64,000 nucleotides of DNA from Mucilaginibacter sp. (GCF_039921305.1 NZ_JBDSCA010000061.1:11153-75152); one strand, 5' to 3'. Shown: positions 10,514 through 20,997, counted from the stretch's first letter. Notes: a model not told the origin generated them from the sequence alone. Made by a program: numbers and translations.

Positions 10514-10670
10514 TAACAGACAGCAGCGTCGGCATTATTAATTGCAAATACGACTCTAAAATATTGCTGGCGCTGACTTTCTTAAATGTAACCGGTCAGT
10601 TAACACTCACCCCAAGAAAATTACCACATAGATATCCGTTGTTGTTTCTCCCTAAATTGTAGTGTTTTGT

Positions 10671-10720
10671 GTGCCATTTAGTATCATTTAGTGCCATTTA
10701 GTTACCGATAGTTACAACGA
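10671..10720. repeat. Five phased 10-bp repeat units
   Basis: gtgccattta gtatcattta gtgccattta gttaccgata gttacaacga; TAGT recurs at 10679, 10689, 10699 and 10709. Confidence 0.75.
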
Positions 10721-10890
10721 TTTATAAGCAACTGAAAAATGAAGGAACAAAAGACAATTTGAGAACCAAAAAAGTAACAGAATTACTTTCCAATAGTAAC
10801 AAAAAGCACAAATATACCGATTGGTTTTATTTACAAAGACCTGATATTATGATATTTATGGAAAAAGATGCAGGTTTTTACGTTTTGTTT

Positions 10891-10935
10891 TAAATTGATA
10901 ACTAATTGATTATAAATCAGTTAGTTATCAATTTA
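10891..10935. repeat. 21-bp inverted repeat abutting the att core
   Basis: TAAATTGATAACTAATTGATT-ata-AATCAGTTAGTTATCAATTTA, one mismatch; a second inverted repeat at 10950-10983 flanks the other side of the core. Confidence 0.8.
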
Positions 10936-10950
10936 TTTGCCGATACAAAA
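10933..10950 (-). mobile_element. att core: displaced copy of the mnmE 3' end (FCIGK-stop)
   Basis: Minus strand TTT TGT ATC GGC AAA TAA. Confidence 0.82.
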
Positions 10951-11320
10951 AGTAACTAACTACTGATTATCAATTAGTTACTTAGTTTCAGTACCAAGAC
11001 AGTAACAAAAAATATTGACCTGATTTTAGGTCGTTTTCTAATAGGGAAATGTGGATAACCACCCTACTAATTAAAGAAAAACTCACAATAATTTTAAGAG
11101 AGAAAGCTAAATTTTGATCGCTAATAGACAATCAATTACCGGACTTGGAAATTTCGGCAGCCTTGACCAGACCATTCCGTGTGCTTTATTGCACTGGTTT
11201 GTGTTAGAGGTTTAGGTGATCGTAATTACTGGTCAACGAATTAACATGGTCAAAGTGTTACGGGATTGTATGTTCGTTGTTTCGGAATAAGGTGATCCAT
11301 GGCCCGGAATATCTACTACA

Positions 11321-11485
11321 GGGATGGATCAAGCCCTTTTGCTTACCTCAGACAAAGGAATATAGACCGATTGTGGTTTCGACATCAAGCAACATTTCCT
11401 TTTTGACCAGGCCGACCGTGTAACTCCGGACAAAATTGAAAACTGGACAACAGCCATCATTAATTCATTTTCAAATCATAATTAA
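11321..11485 (+). pseudogene. 3' fragment of a flavodoxin-fold NAD(P)H-dependent oxidoreductase
   Basis: Hand translation GMDQALLLTSDKGI*TDCGFDIKQHFLFDQADRVTPDKIENWTTAIINSFSNHN* with an in-frame TAG at 11363-11365; resembles the C-terminus of this family (from recall, not searched). Confidence 0.5.
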
Positions 11486-11594
11486 TTCAACAAATATATA
11501 TGAAAAAGTTCCTCTTAAGTGTTATTTCGGTGGCTGTATTAACTACGCTTACCGTTGGGGCATTAGAAACTTTTATATACCGGTTAAAAACGAT

Positions 11595-11874
11595 CTACCT
11601 ATCCAAGGACATATCAAGAAGAAACCCCAGAATTAATGCCTTTCCTTTTTGCCTACTTGCCTTATTGATAGAGATCTTTGCTGTTTAATTGTAAAATATC
11701 TTTCGTGCTTTTTACACCGTAAAATTTCAATCCATTTTTTACTTGTGGTAGGAAAATTTCTATCTGATCAATGGAAAAATGTTTTTTAAGCTGACACTTT
11801 TGTTGCAGCATTTGAAAAAGTAACGCTTCACTTTTCCGGGAAAGAATCTGAATATTGTATGATTTAGCCTCCAT
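11595..11874 (-). pseudogene. Possible frameshifted RNA polymerase alpha-CTD-like (HhH) small protein
   Basis: LPQVKNGLKFYGVKSTKDILQLNSKDL continues after a frameshift as LSIRQVGKK, matching the alpha-CTD pattern N.L..G..T..DL....DLL.I...GKK. Confidence 0.35.
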
Positions 11875-11963
11875 TGTTAAAACGGTTTAATACTTTAAAA
11901 TGATTCCTTATGAACGGTGCGCCAATTGATCGATAGAAGTTACGGCATTACTTCCCTTAACCA

Positions 11964-13637
11964 TTAAGACTGCAGCTTGCGATTTTTATTGATATATCTT
12001 AAAATAAATAATGCAGCTGTGATTATTATAGAGCCTACGATTAAAACAATCATGCCATATTTTTCTGCAACAACACCCAACATGAATATCCCCGCTCCAA
12101 CCACCAGCATGGAGATAGCAATAACGCGGATTCCAAAATTATTTTGTTCTCGGGCGTCATTATCCGCTTGAATTGTGATAAAAGCCGCCGGACTGTCATT
12201 TGTTACTTTATTAATGTAAGTACCTTTACCATAAAAGAAATAATAGCACTCAAAAACTAAAAGTACAGCTATCGGAATACCCATTCCCAAACTTGTTTCA
12301 ACTGTTCTGCTTAATGTTAATAGCAACAATTTTGGCCCTAATACCTTGAAGAACAAGTTAATGGTCAATGCCGTGATTGTAGCCATTACTACAGAAAACC
12401 CTGTTTGTCTGTTTGAAAACAAAGACCAAATTATTGGAGCAAATAATGCCCCGCCGGCAATTGAGGCTGTACTTAAAACAACCTCAACAATACCACCTGC
12501 GCTGGGTATCCAGATAGCTATCAAAATCGTTCCTATCCCAAATATCAAAGTAAACAAACGGGCGATCCAGATCGTTTCTTTTTCTTGAGCAACAGGTCTT
12601 AAAATATTCTTATATATATCTTGAGCAAAAACGGTTGCAGCCATATTAATGGTTGTATTGGCTTTACTTGATGTTGCGGAAACCATACCTGCCAAAACTA
12701 AACCTATCAACCCGGCTGGCATTACCTTTTGTATCAGCATCATATAAGCATCTTCTGTTTGCAAACCTTTTAAATCCGGGTTGATGATGTGGTAAATCAT
12801 TGGCGGGAGCATCCATATAACAGGACAGATAAAATATAGAATTGTAAAAATACCCGCTACTTTTTTTGATTGCTTAGGGCTTGCCACCGTAGTGTAACGC
12901 TGAACATAAGACCAGTTGCCACCTATATAAAAGGTTTGGTAAACAACAAATGCAAGCATAAAGCCGAATGTGTAGTCTGAATTAACAGGTTCGAAAAAGT
13001 GCGGTGGTGCCTTAGAAATTAAATTTTGAAAACCTCCTATTTGCGCCAAAGAGATAGGAATTACTATAACAACAGCAGCCGATAGCACAACAAACTGGAT
13101 AACGTCTGTTACCAGTACAGCCCACAAACCACCTGCTGCAGTATATAAAATTATGATAAGGCCAATAACAATAATACAAGCATTTAAAGAAAATGGAGTA
13201 GCGACATAAACCATTTTCCCTACAGGATACAATACTGCCCCAGTAGTAAATAAACTCAACAACAGCGTTAGATAAGTATAAAATTGCTTGGTTTTGCTCC
13301 CAAATCTGTTTCCGATATATTCTGCCGGTGTACCTGCACCTGATCTTTTCCAACGGGCCGCAATAAAAAAAGTCACAATTAAACCACTAATAGCCATTGT
13401 TAATTGAATGGCGTTAGCTACCAAACCACTTTTGTAAGCAATGGACCCCCAAACAACAAATGTGCCTGCCGAAAAATAACTTATAAATAACGACAATCCG
13501 TTTATCCACCATGGAGTTGCCCCCCCGGCTTCAAAAAAGGCGTTTCCGTTTTTACTGCTAACCCTGGTAAAGGTTAATCCTATGGCGAAGATCAATATGG
13601 CGAATACCGCCATAACAACGAAATCTAATCGCCCCAT
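11964..13637 (-). CDS. Sodium:solute symporter (SSS family)
   Basis: About 14 hydrophobic segments; FFEAGGATPWWINGLSLF.SYFSAGTFV, YTAAGGLWAVLVTDVIQF, GLIGLVLAGMVSATSS. Confidence 0.93.
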   Translation of the reverse strand: MGRLDFVVMAVFAILIFAIGLTFTRVSSKNGNAFFEAGGATPWWINGLSLFISYFSAGTFVVWGSIAYKSGLVANAIQLTMAISGLIVTFFIAARWKRSGAGTPAEYIGNRFGSKTKQFYTYLTLLLSLFTTGAVLYPVGKMVYVATPFSLNACIIVIGLIIILYTAAGGLWAVLVTDVIQFVVLSAAVVIVIPISLAQIGGFQNLISKAPPHFFEPVNSDYTFGFMLAFVVYQTFYIGGNWSYVQRYTTVASPKQSKKVAGIFTILYFICPVIWMLPPMIYHIINPDLKGLQTEDAYMMLIQKVMPAGLIGLVLAGMVSATSSKANTTINMAATVFAQDIYKNILRPVAQEKETIWIARLFTLIFGIGTILIAIWIPSAGGIVEVVLSTASIAGGALFAPIIWSLFSNRQTGFSVVMATITALTINLFFKVLGPKLLLLTLSRTVETSLGMGIPIAVLLVFECYYFFYGKGTYINKVTNDSPAAFITIQADNDAREQNNFGIRVIAISMLVVGAGIFMLGVVAEKYGMIVLIVGSIIITAALFILRYINKNRKLQS

Positions 13638-13695
13638 TAGTTTAATTTAGTTATTAGGTTTATCATCGGTTAAAATATATTGTTGCTGGCCTTTA

Positions 13696-15984
13696 TCAAA
13701 AAAAAGAATAGCACCGGATAGCAAATATTGCAGCTGGAATTTGTTTAGACGGATGCTCAACAAAAAACGTTAATTTATCAACAATCACGGGCTGATCAAA
13801 GGTGATACGATTTATGGACTGATAATTATCTTTTTTTTCATAAATCAAATTCCCAACTCCATCTTTAATTTGATAATTACGAACGCAAAAAGGCATTACA
13901 TCTTCCGGATGCCCCATTAATACGGTTTCCATAGGATGATCGTAATCCGCATCAAAAAAAACATCTATTTTACTGATTTCTTTTTTATCAGGCCATTCTA
14001 ATACAATATGTGGCTTAGCATCACTTAATAACGCCACCCAGGCATTAGGCTGGTTTGTGGGCCTATATATCCCTGTTTTAATATTTGATACCTTGAACGT
14101 TTTTAAAGCAGGCTCCACCTTAATTGCCACATTATGCCCTTCAGGCCGGCGTTGCGGGCACCAAAATTCAAACTCTTCAACACCGATGTCCTCTGGTGGT
14201 GTTTGTTTCCCAAAATTAGAAACAGCTTTATTCACTAAATTAAACACTGAAAGAACCCCTGTTACACGCTGATGTGAAAAGTGAAGTTCTACGTCCGGAT
14301 TTTTATGGACCACAAAAAAAGCATACGAGGGTCTGGAAATGATACTTGTAAAATCAATTTGTAAGCAGTTACGTCCCGGATGAATAGATAATGTATGTTT
14401 CTCTAAGCTAATATCAGGCGTATAATTTTCATGCTTTCCGCTTATTCTAAGTTCAACTACCAATTTAGTATTGCTCTTCGATTCAGCGTGAAAAATAATT
14501 TGAGGCACTTTGCCAGTATTTAACGGGATCATTTGAGCCATCGAAATGTCGACCGGTTTTAAAATATCCGACGATAACTCATTTAATTGATATTCGCTGG
14601 AAGCGGATAGTTTTGCGATTTGTACCAAATCATTTGGATCGTTGTATTCCAAACCTGGAATATGTTGCCCTGTCTTTAATAATTCCCGTTGTAGCTGCGC
14701 TATCAAATTATGTTTTAAAATATCCCTCGGATATAAATCATTTTTTGCTGCCATGTATGCCGCCATTCCAACTGCCTGCCCTACATGCGCCGAGGTAGCC
14801 ATCACCCTGGTTGACGCAAAAGCCACGTGACTGGCACTTATGATACGTCCCGTAAGAAAAAGGTTTTTGATATTCTTGCTATATAAGCACCTATATGGAA
14901 TTTGATATATGCCTTTGCTATGCCATTGATTACAGCCTGGTTTTTCGCTAAACACACCATCAGCCGGGTGAAGATCAATTGACCAGCCACCATACGCTAC
15001 TGCATCATGATGAGTATGTTGCTCAATAATATCCTGTTGTTTAAGCATGTAGTCACCTTCAAATCTACGGCTCTCACGCTTACCCGGAATTGTGCCAACC
15101 CATTCAAGTGTCATGGTATCAGCTTCAGGAAACTTACCGGAGTTTTTAATATAGTCCCAGGCTCCATAAACAACTTTCCATAGTTCCCATTTAATTTTTT
15201 CGGTATCATGTACCGTATCTAACCTGCCGCCGTATTCAAGCCACCACAGTTTACAACCATGTTCTTTAGCGTTAAAGCTTTTAAAGCGCGGTATCTCAGC
15301 GGTAATATTTTTTAGTGCGAAATCAGGAGGAATAAACTTTACAGGTTTACCTGTATCTTTACTGTAGAAATACAAGCTGTGCCCTAACAATTCGCCATAT
15401 TCTGCTGTTGGAGCAAATTTTTCACCAAATTCTTCTTTACTCTCGGCGCCCATTCTGAAAGCAGCTCCTGATAAAAAACCAACAATACCATCTCCTGAAG
15501 CATCACAAAACAACGGCGCTTTAACAACATACTCAACTGAGTTTTGACTACAAAATGCACTTACTGAGGATATGGTTTCTGAATTTGATTTCTTTACCGC
15601 ATTTACCGCTGTATTCAATAACAAAGTTATGTTGGGTTCGCCAACTACCTTATCAAGCAATATTACGTCAAAAAGCAAAGGGTTACCTTCTTTGTTTTTG
15701 TATGTGTTTTCAACAAGTATTTCATCGATCACCCCACCCTCTCTGCTCCATCGGTTATTATTGCCCATATGAGACGTCGCACCTAATATCCACAAACGAA
15801 CTTCGCTGGATGAATTTCCACCAAGCACAGGCCGGTCTTGTATTAAAACAACCTTTAAACCCATACGCGCTGCTGTGATCGCCGCACAAACACCCGAAAG
15901 CCCTCCGCCAACGATAGCATAATCTGTATGGATATCTTCCCTGCGTAAACTTCTTTTTTCTTTATTGTCGTCCTTGAGCATCAA
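13696..15984 (-). CDS. FAD-dependent oxidoreductase (FAD_oxidored family) with C-terminal extension
   Basis: Dinucleotide fold IVGGGLSGVCAAITAAR..VLIQDRPVLGGNSSSE, FCDASGDG, GKRESRRFEGDY, IPYRCLYS..NLFLTGRIISASH; no signal peptide. Confidence 0.88.
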   Translation of the reverse strand: MMLKDDNKEKRSLRREDIHTDYAIVGGGLSGVCAAITAARMGLKVVLIQDRPVLGGNSSSEVRLWILGATSHMGNNNRWSREGGVIDEILVENTYKNKEGNPLLFDVILLDKVVGEPNITLLLNTAVNAVKKSNSETISSVSAFCSQNSVEYVVKAPLFCDASGDGIVGFLSGAAFRMGAESKEEFGEKFAPTAEYGELLGHSLYFYSKDTGKPVKFIPPDFALKNITAEIPRFKSFNAKEHGCKLWWLEYGGRLDTVHDTEKIKWELWKVVYGAWDYIKNSGKFPEADTMTLEWVGTIPGKRESRRFEGDYMLKQQDIIEQHTHHDAVAYGGWSIDLHPADGVFSEKPGCNQWHSKGIYQIPYRCLYSKNIKNLFLTGRIISASHVAFASTRVMATSAHVGQAVGMAAYMAAKNDLYPRDILKHNLIAQLQRELLKTGQHIPGLEYNDPNDLVQIAKLSASSEYQLNELSSDILKPVDISMAQMIPLNTGKVPQIIFHAESKSNTKLVVELRISGKHENYTPDISLEKHTLSIHPGRNCLQIDFTSIISRPSYAFFVVHKNPDVELHFSHQRVTGVLSVFNLVNKAVSNFGKQTPPEDIGVEEFEFWCPQRRPEGHNVAIKVEPALKTFKVSNIKTGIYRPTNQPNAWVALLSDAKPHIVLEWPDKKEISKIDVFFDADYDHPMETVLMGHPEDVMPFCVRNYQIKDGVGNLIYEKKDNYQSINRITFDQPVIVDKLTFFVEHPSKQIPAAIFAIRCYSFF

Positions 15985-16007
15985 ATAAATTACTTAAATA
16001 ATAGTAG

Positions 16008-16022
16008 TCTGGTTTGGTCTGG
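16008..16022. promoter_or_regulatory. Candidate operator TCTGGTTTGGTCTGG upstream of the oxidoreductase-symporter pair
   Basis: Identical 15-mer at 35501-35515 in the gntR/GH3 divergent region. Confidence 0.65.
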
Positions 16023-16106
16023 TCAAATATATTATTATAATTGCTTTCGGAGAAATTATATTTTAGATTTCCCGAAAGCAATTGGATCAATTTGAAAGTA
16101 TCATGG

Positions 16107-19100
16107 TTAATTCTTCAATAACTTAGTGTAGAACACCTTTTCCGTTCCTTCACATTTTAGTTTCACTATGTAGATCCCTTCCATTTGATTACTGATGTTG
16201 ATGTGTATTGAAGTTGTTCCCTTAGGGAGATTTCGATCTACAAGAGTTTTACCGCGCACGTCAATTACTTTAATGTTGTTATTTGTAGCGCTAAAATTTG
16301 AAACATCAATATTAAAATTGCCATTTGATGGATTTGGATATATTTTCAAAACCTTTTGATCTTGCTTGTCTAACTTTAGATGATCCGTATTAAATGGTGC
16401 TTTTATTACGCTGACCGTATCTTTTTCAGTTTTCGAGGTACTCTGCATAGACCTTAGCGACCCCATGTCGGGAACGACTACGGTTAACTGATTAGAGTAA
16501 AGAGATTTGCAGGTAATGGCGTAATCAGCAACCCGGTAAATATATGTACCTGGTGTAGCGGTGGTATCGGTAAATGTGGTTGTACCGGCAGGTAATGTAG
16601 CCAACAAGGTAAAAGGTGAAGAACCTGATTTACGTTCCACAATGAAAGATGTTTCATTGCTCGAAAGGTCAAGCCATTGCAAAGCCACACTGCCCGAAGA
16701 TACCGATGTTGTGTCGAGCGATCCTGGAGCGATGGGATGTTCATCTGATACCTGGATGTAGCCCAATCCATCAAACACCGTTTTAGACGTTGATCCATTA
16801 GCCGAATCATCTAAATATACAGAAAACCCATTCACACCACTTACCCTACCCAATTTGGCTCTGAATAACCGATTCGATGTAGTTGTACCGGTGTAATCAG
16901 GCAATAATACCGCGCCTGCGGTTGTACGGTCAAATAGCTTAAAAGTGGTACTGTCTGCCATGCGCGCACGTGTTTTCCAGGTTTGGGTAGTTGGTGACAG
17001 GTAATATAAATAAACATCATATGTGTTGCATATATCCAATACGCTATCAACCGTCATTTTTATCACCGGCGCATTTTCGGTACCAGCGTTCGAGCGCATA
17101 AAATCTTTATCCACTGTTCCTGTGCCACTGGAGTTTACGAGTGTCCATTTATTGTCTGTAGTAGTTTCAACACTTGCAAAAGCTGTATCCGGCGAACAAT
17201 TAGCATATGTAGCATTCACAAATTTAAATTGATAGTTTGGCGGACTGGTAACCAGCGTTGTAAAACCATTATAATTTACCCAGCTGCTTTCGCTGCCGTA
17301 ACAGCTGTTGCGTACCGCGCATTCATAGTCAGTTGCGCTTTTTAAACTTAACAGCTTAACCGAATCAGCTTGAACATTGTAGGCATATTTCCAGGTTGTA
17401 TCGCTACCAACCGGCCTGTAACGTACATCACTGTTTATACCACCGGTAACACTCCAATGCAAAACAGCCGAAGTGTCTCTAATGGAGCTAATATGCAAAC
17501 TGTCGGGTGCGCCACAAGACCCGGGGGTAACGCAGGCAACGGAATCTACTCTAAACAGCACCACTGATTTGTAGGCAGGCAATGAGAATGTACCACAATA
17601 TGCCTGATTATAAACTGTTGTATATAAGCCAAATGGTAGCGTAATAGGTTGAGAAGACGATGTGTTATTATAATAAAACTTAATAACATTAGCTGGTATA
17701 GTACCCGAAGGGTATTTTTTTACAGCAGGCACGGTACCGTTAACTTGTACAACGCTGGCTTCCCATTCGTAAGGCGTGTAACGTTGAGTTTTAGGCCCAT
17801 CATCCGCCCGGTAATTAAAAGTGATTGCTTTATCATTAAAGGGGTTGATGATATTGTTGTATTTAAACAAGCCTAGTTGTGCGTATGAATAATCATCCGT
17901 ACTAATAGTTTTAAATACATCATGATCAACAGCTAATGAGTTTGAGACCAATATATTACCTGTAATTACAAAACCAGGGGCAGCAAGCGGGTGATAGATC
18001 TGCATTTCATTAAGCCCGCTTTGAAAGGAGGTATTGTTTGAAACCTCGATCCCGGTTTGTACCGAACCGATAAAAAGCCCCTCTCCGTTCACAAATGCAA
18101 CCGTATTGTTTTTTACTGTGACCCCTTGTGAAAAGTTATCGATGTAAATACCATTTGCCAAACTTGTTGCAGCCGGGGCTCCCAGCCTTTCGCCAAAACT
18201 ATTGGTTATGATATTTTCGTCGATCACGGTACCTGTAGTTACACCAATATTCCCATTAGTATATATACCACCATTATCTTCCAAATAGTAGCATGCACTA
18301 TCAATTACGTTGTGTTTTACCAGATTATTTATTCCCGCTGAGATAATACCGGAGTAGCCTGTTCTTGTGATCTTATTATCCTGTATTTGGCAATTAGGTG
18401 AGTTGCAATCTATACCGATAAACGTTTTGCTCTTCCCATTTGCTTCATTCCCGATATGACTTATTGTATTCCCTGTAAAAGCTATGTTATTACAAGTCGC
18501 GTTAGATATGATCCCACTCCAATTCACATCGGTTATTGTGTTATTGCTGAATGTACTGTAAGTAACTCCTGAGAAAGCGACTCCATCAGAACCCGAACGT
18601 GAAATATCTACATTATCAACTAACAAAGACGATCCATTTTTTAAAGAAAGGCAAACAAGGCGGGCATATTTTAGTTGGACATTTTTAACGGTAACATTAT
18701 TGGCATTCTCAATAGATAACGTAGTATCCGTACGTAAAAAAGTAACCGCTGTGCTTGGATTTGAAGTTGAATATAGCAGCACTTTACCAGTAGTAGCTGA
18801 ATAAGACCATTCGCCATCAAGGTCGATAGCATTAACGTTATTGACAAAGAAGTAACCATAACCGTCCCTCAACTGGTCAATTGTTGTAAGTGATGGTATT
18901 GTGATGGTACTGCCGCTATGTGTAGAAACCTTGGTTTTAACAAGACGGAACCTTTCTGCCCTAACTACAACATCTGATCCCGTCCAACTTGGTGTTCCCG
19001 TAAGTTGATTATCTGTAAATTGAGTTATCCCGCTGTGAGATTCAAAGTTCAAATAACCATTGTTTACGCTCTTGTTCGGATAACGGCTGATAGGCAGAGG

Positions 19101-19514
19101 ATTTTCACTTTTATACAACCCCCTGATATCAGCAGGTTTAGTTAATGAAGAAAAAGTGGTTTGCCAGATATTGCCGCTGTAAGTTGTCCAGGTGGTAGTG
19201 ATTTGTTCAGCACCTGTGATTATTGGTTTATTGCCACTTCCATAAGCATCGACAGTTACGCCGGAATATTTGACCCTCAATATCCCTGTAAATTTATCGC
19301 CTCTTTTCAGCAAAATACTATCCCCATTTGATAATGCGGTACCATTCACTTTTGCAAGGGTTTTCCACGCGGTTGCGGTGGAAGTACCTGCCAGGGCATC
19401 ATTCCCGGTTGCAGATACATAATAAGCATGTTGAGCTAATAATGCACTTGCGTTTAAGAAAAACACAGGCAAAAAAATGGCCCAACGAAGGTTAATTCGT
19501 AAAAAAGGTTTCAT
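16107..19514 (-). CDS. Secreted right-handed beta-helix protein with FN3 domains and a T9SS type A C-terminal sorting domain
   Basis: YYVSATGND..AWKTL.KVN..GDSILLKRGDKF, repeated beta-helix coils (DNGGIY, GIYIDNFS..NNT), two FN3-like segments, C-terminal IYPNPSNGNFNI..IDVRGK..GIYIVKL. Confidence 0.82.
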   Translation of the reverse strand: MKPFLRINLRWAIFLPVFFLNASALLAQHAYYVSATGNDALAGTSTATAWKTLAKVNGTALSNGDSILLKRGDKFTGILRVKYSGVTVDAYGSGNKPIITGAEQITTTWTTYSGNIWQTTFSSLTKPADIRGLYKSENPLPISRYPNKSVNNGYLNFESHSGITQFTDNQLTGTPSWTGSDVVVRAERFRLVKTKVSTHSGSTITIPSLTTIDQLRDGYGYFFVNNVNAIDLDGEWSYSATTGKVLLYSTSNPSTAVTFLRTDTTLSIENANNVTVKNVQLKYARLVCLSLKNGSSLLVDNVDISRSGSDGVAFSGVTYSTFSNNTITDVNWSGIISNATCNNIAFTGNTISHIGNEANGKSKTFIGIDCNSPNCQIQDNKITRTGYSGIISAGINNLVKHNVIDSACYYLEDNGGIYTNGNIGVTTGTVIDENIITNSFGERLGAPAATSLANGIYIDNFSQGVTVKNNTVAFVNGEGLFIGSVQTGIEVSNNTSFQSGLNEMQIYHPLAAPGFVITGNILVSNSLAVDHDVFKTISTDDYSYAQLGLFKYNNIINPFNDKAITFNYRADDGPKTQRYTPYEWEASVVQVNGTVPAVKKYPSGTIPANVIKFYYNNTSSSQPITLPFGLYTTVYNQAYCGTFSLPAYKSVVLFRVDSVACVTPGSCGAPDSLHISSIRDTSAVLHWSVTGGINSDVRYRPVGSDTTWKYAYNVQADSVKLLSLKSATDYECAVRNSCYGSESSWVNYNGFTTLVTSPPNYQFKFVNATYANCSPDTAFASVETTTDNKWTLVNSSGTGTVDKDFMRSNAGTENAPVIKMTVDSVLDICNTYDVYLYYLSPTTQTWKTRARMADSTTFKLFDRTTAGAVLLPDYTGTTTSNRLFRAKLGRVSGVNGFSVYLDDSANGSTSKTVFDGLGYIQVSDEHPIAPGSLDTTSVSSGSVALQWLDLSSNETSFIVERKSGSSPFTLLATLPAGTTTFTDTTATPGTYIYRVADYAITCKSLYSNQLTVVVPDMGSLRSMQSTSKTEKDTVSVIKAPFNTDHLKLDKQDQKVLKIYPNPSNGNFNIDVSNFSATNNNIKVIDVRGKTLVDRNLPKGTTSIHINISNQMEGIYIVKLKCEGTEKVFYTKLLKN

Positions 19515-19560
19515 AATAAAAAAGGTTAATGGTTAATAAATAAAACGGAAACGTAGGTTG

Positions 19561-20943
19561 TTAATCGTCTTTAATAAGCTTAAAAACGTGTTTTGTTGGT
19601 TTATTCGTAGTATATATTTGAGTTTGGATAGATAACAATTTGCTTTCTGTAGCAGGTTGCTTGGGCTTGTTAGTTAGGTAACCGTTAAATTGCGACTTGT
19701 AATAATCATAGTGACCACTGTTTTTTAGTTTTTCCAGGTTAACAGCAAGTAACTGTCTTATTTCTGTCGTGTCGTTAAGGTTTTTTAGTTCTCCGAGGTG
19801 ATTGTATTCAACAAATTTCAGACTTCGTAATAATCCCTCTGTTTTACGGTACAGCAAGCACAGATCCATTACCCTTATTGCTTGCTGGTATTGCGGTGTC
19901 TGTTTTTCTGTCGCGAGGTTTATACCCTCTTTTAACTGCGCGGCAGTATATTTACCCACAAGTATGCTATCTATTGATAGTTTATAATAACCAGCGGACA
20001 GGTCAACAACCTGTAAGATCTCCTTGTTAAGCTCGTCCGTAAATGGGACCCACGAAAGCGCTTTAACAGCATCGTCCCAAACAGGAAAGGGCAAGCTATA
20101 TTCAAGACAAGTAAATTCTACTGATCTATTATCGACCTTTTGTGATTCTATCTTACAATTAATACTTTTTCCCCTGCTTGTTTTTACACCCTTATCAACG
20201 ACTATTTTTGAAACAAATTTAGGCGCGCCTGTTTCCTTTAAAAACTGGTAAGCCATAACAAAGTGACCTGCGGGGCCAGGATGTATTCTATCCGGACCGA
20301 TAATGGTTGCGGTTGAATCTACTTTTTGTACGGATCGATTAACTTGTTTCATGATACTCCAGTAATCAACTAATTTAGTTTTATAGATCATGGAGAGATC
20401 TTGCATATGATCGCCACCAAATTTTAGCGCTTCGTTTACACCGATCGCATTTTCTGCCTTTATCGCCGCGGTCTGATCAAAAATGCTTGGTTTTTGCAGT
20501 ATCACTTTGCTCTTCGCAGCAAGTATTTTAACAATAGCTTCGCTATCCTCTTTATACTTAGCCATAGCCTGCGCCCACTTTTGAGGTAGATCAGGATCAG
20601 CTTTGGCAGCAATGGTATATAAATTACGTTTTACATCGTTCATACCGATCATTAAAACCGACCAGTTGGGTTTATGAATAAGTACATCGCTATCCATCCT
20701 TTTTAGTACACCGCCTGATACGTCGCCCGAGATGCCGCAGTTGTAAAACCACAACCGATCATTAGGAAAACGTGTTGCATAGTACAGGTAGACATAATTG
20801 TAAAACTGCCCATTGTTAGTAATGCTATCACCTATCCAACAAACGATGTCCCCATCTTTAAACAAAGGGCTTGATAATGTTTGTGCATAAGCAGCCAGAT
20901 TAAGCTGTAATATGAGCAGGGTTATCAGAAACTTCTTTTTCAT
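19561..20943 (-). CDS. SGNH/GDSL hydrolase (probable carbohydrate O-acetylesterase)
   Basis: Blocks WIGDSIT, NCGISGD, IGMND, DRIHP; signal peptide. Confidence 0.88.
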   Translation of the reverse strand: MKKKFLITLLILQLNLAAYAQTLSSPLFKDGDIVCWIGDSITNNGQFYNYVYLYYATRFPNDRLWFYNCGISGDVSGGVLKRMDSDVLIHKPNWSVLMIGMNDVKRNLYTIAAKADPDLPQKWAQAMAKYKEDSEAIVKILAAKSKVILQKPSIFDQTAAIKAENAIGVNEALKFGGDHMQDLSMIYKTKLVDYWSIMKQVNRSVQKVDSTATIIGPDRIHPGPAGHFVMAYQFLKETGAPKFVSKIVVDKGVKTSRGKSINCKIESQKVDNRSVEFTCLEYSLPFPVWDDAVKALSWVPFTDELNKEILQVVDLSAGYYKLSIDSILVGKYTAAQLKEGINLATEKQTPQYQQAIRVMDLCLLYRKTEGLLRSLKFVEYNHLGELKNLNDTTEIRQLLAVNLEKLKNSGHYDYYKSQFNGYLTNKPKQPATESKLLSIQTQIYTTNKPTKHVFKLIKDD

Positions 20944-20997
20944 ATAATTCGTGTTATTGATATGCTAAATATTGATCAAAGCCAAACTTTTTTAATT

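Larger units (their letters stand above)
4926..10932. mobile_element. Defective ~6 kb integrated element between two mnmE-derived att cores
   Basis: Bounded by att cores at 4908 and 10933, with arm-like sequences at both ends, GC-richer cargo and truncated genes; no integrase seen. Confidence 0.65.
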
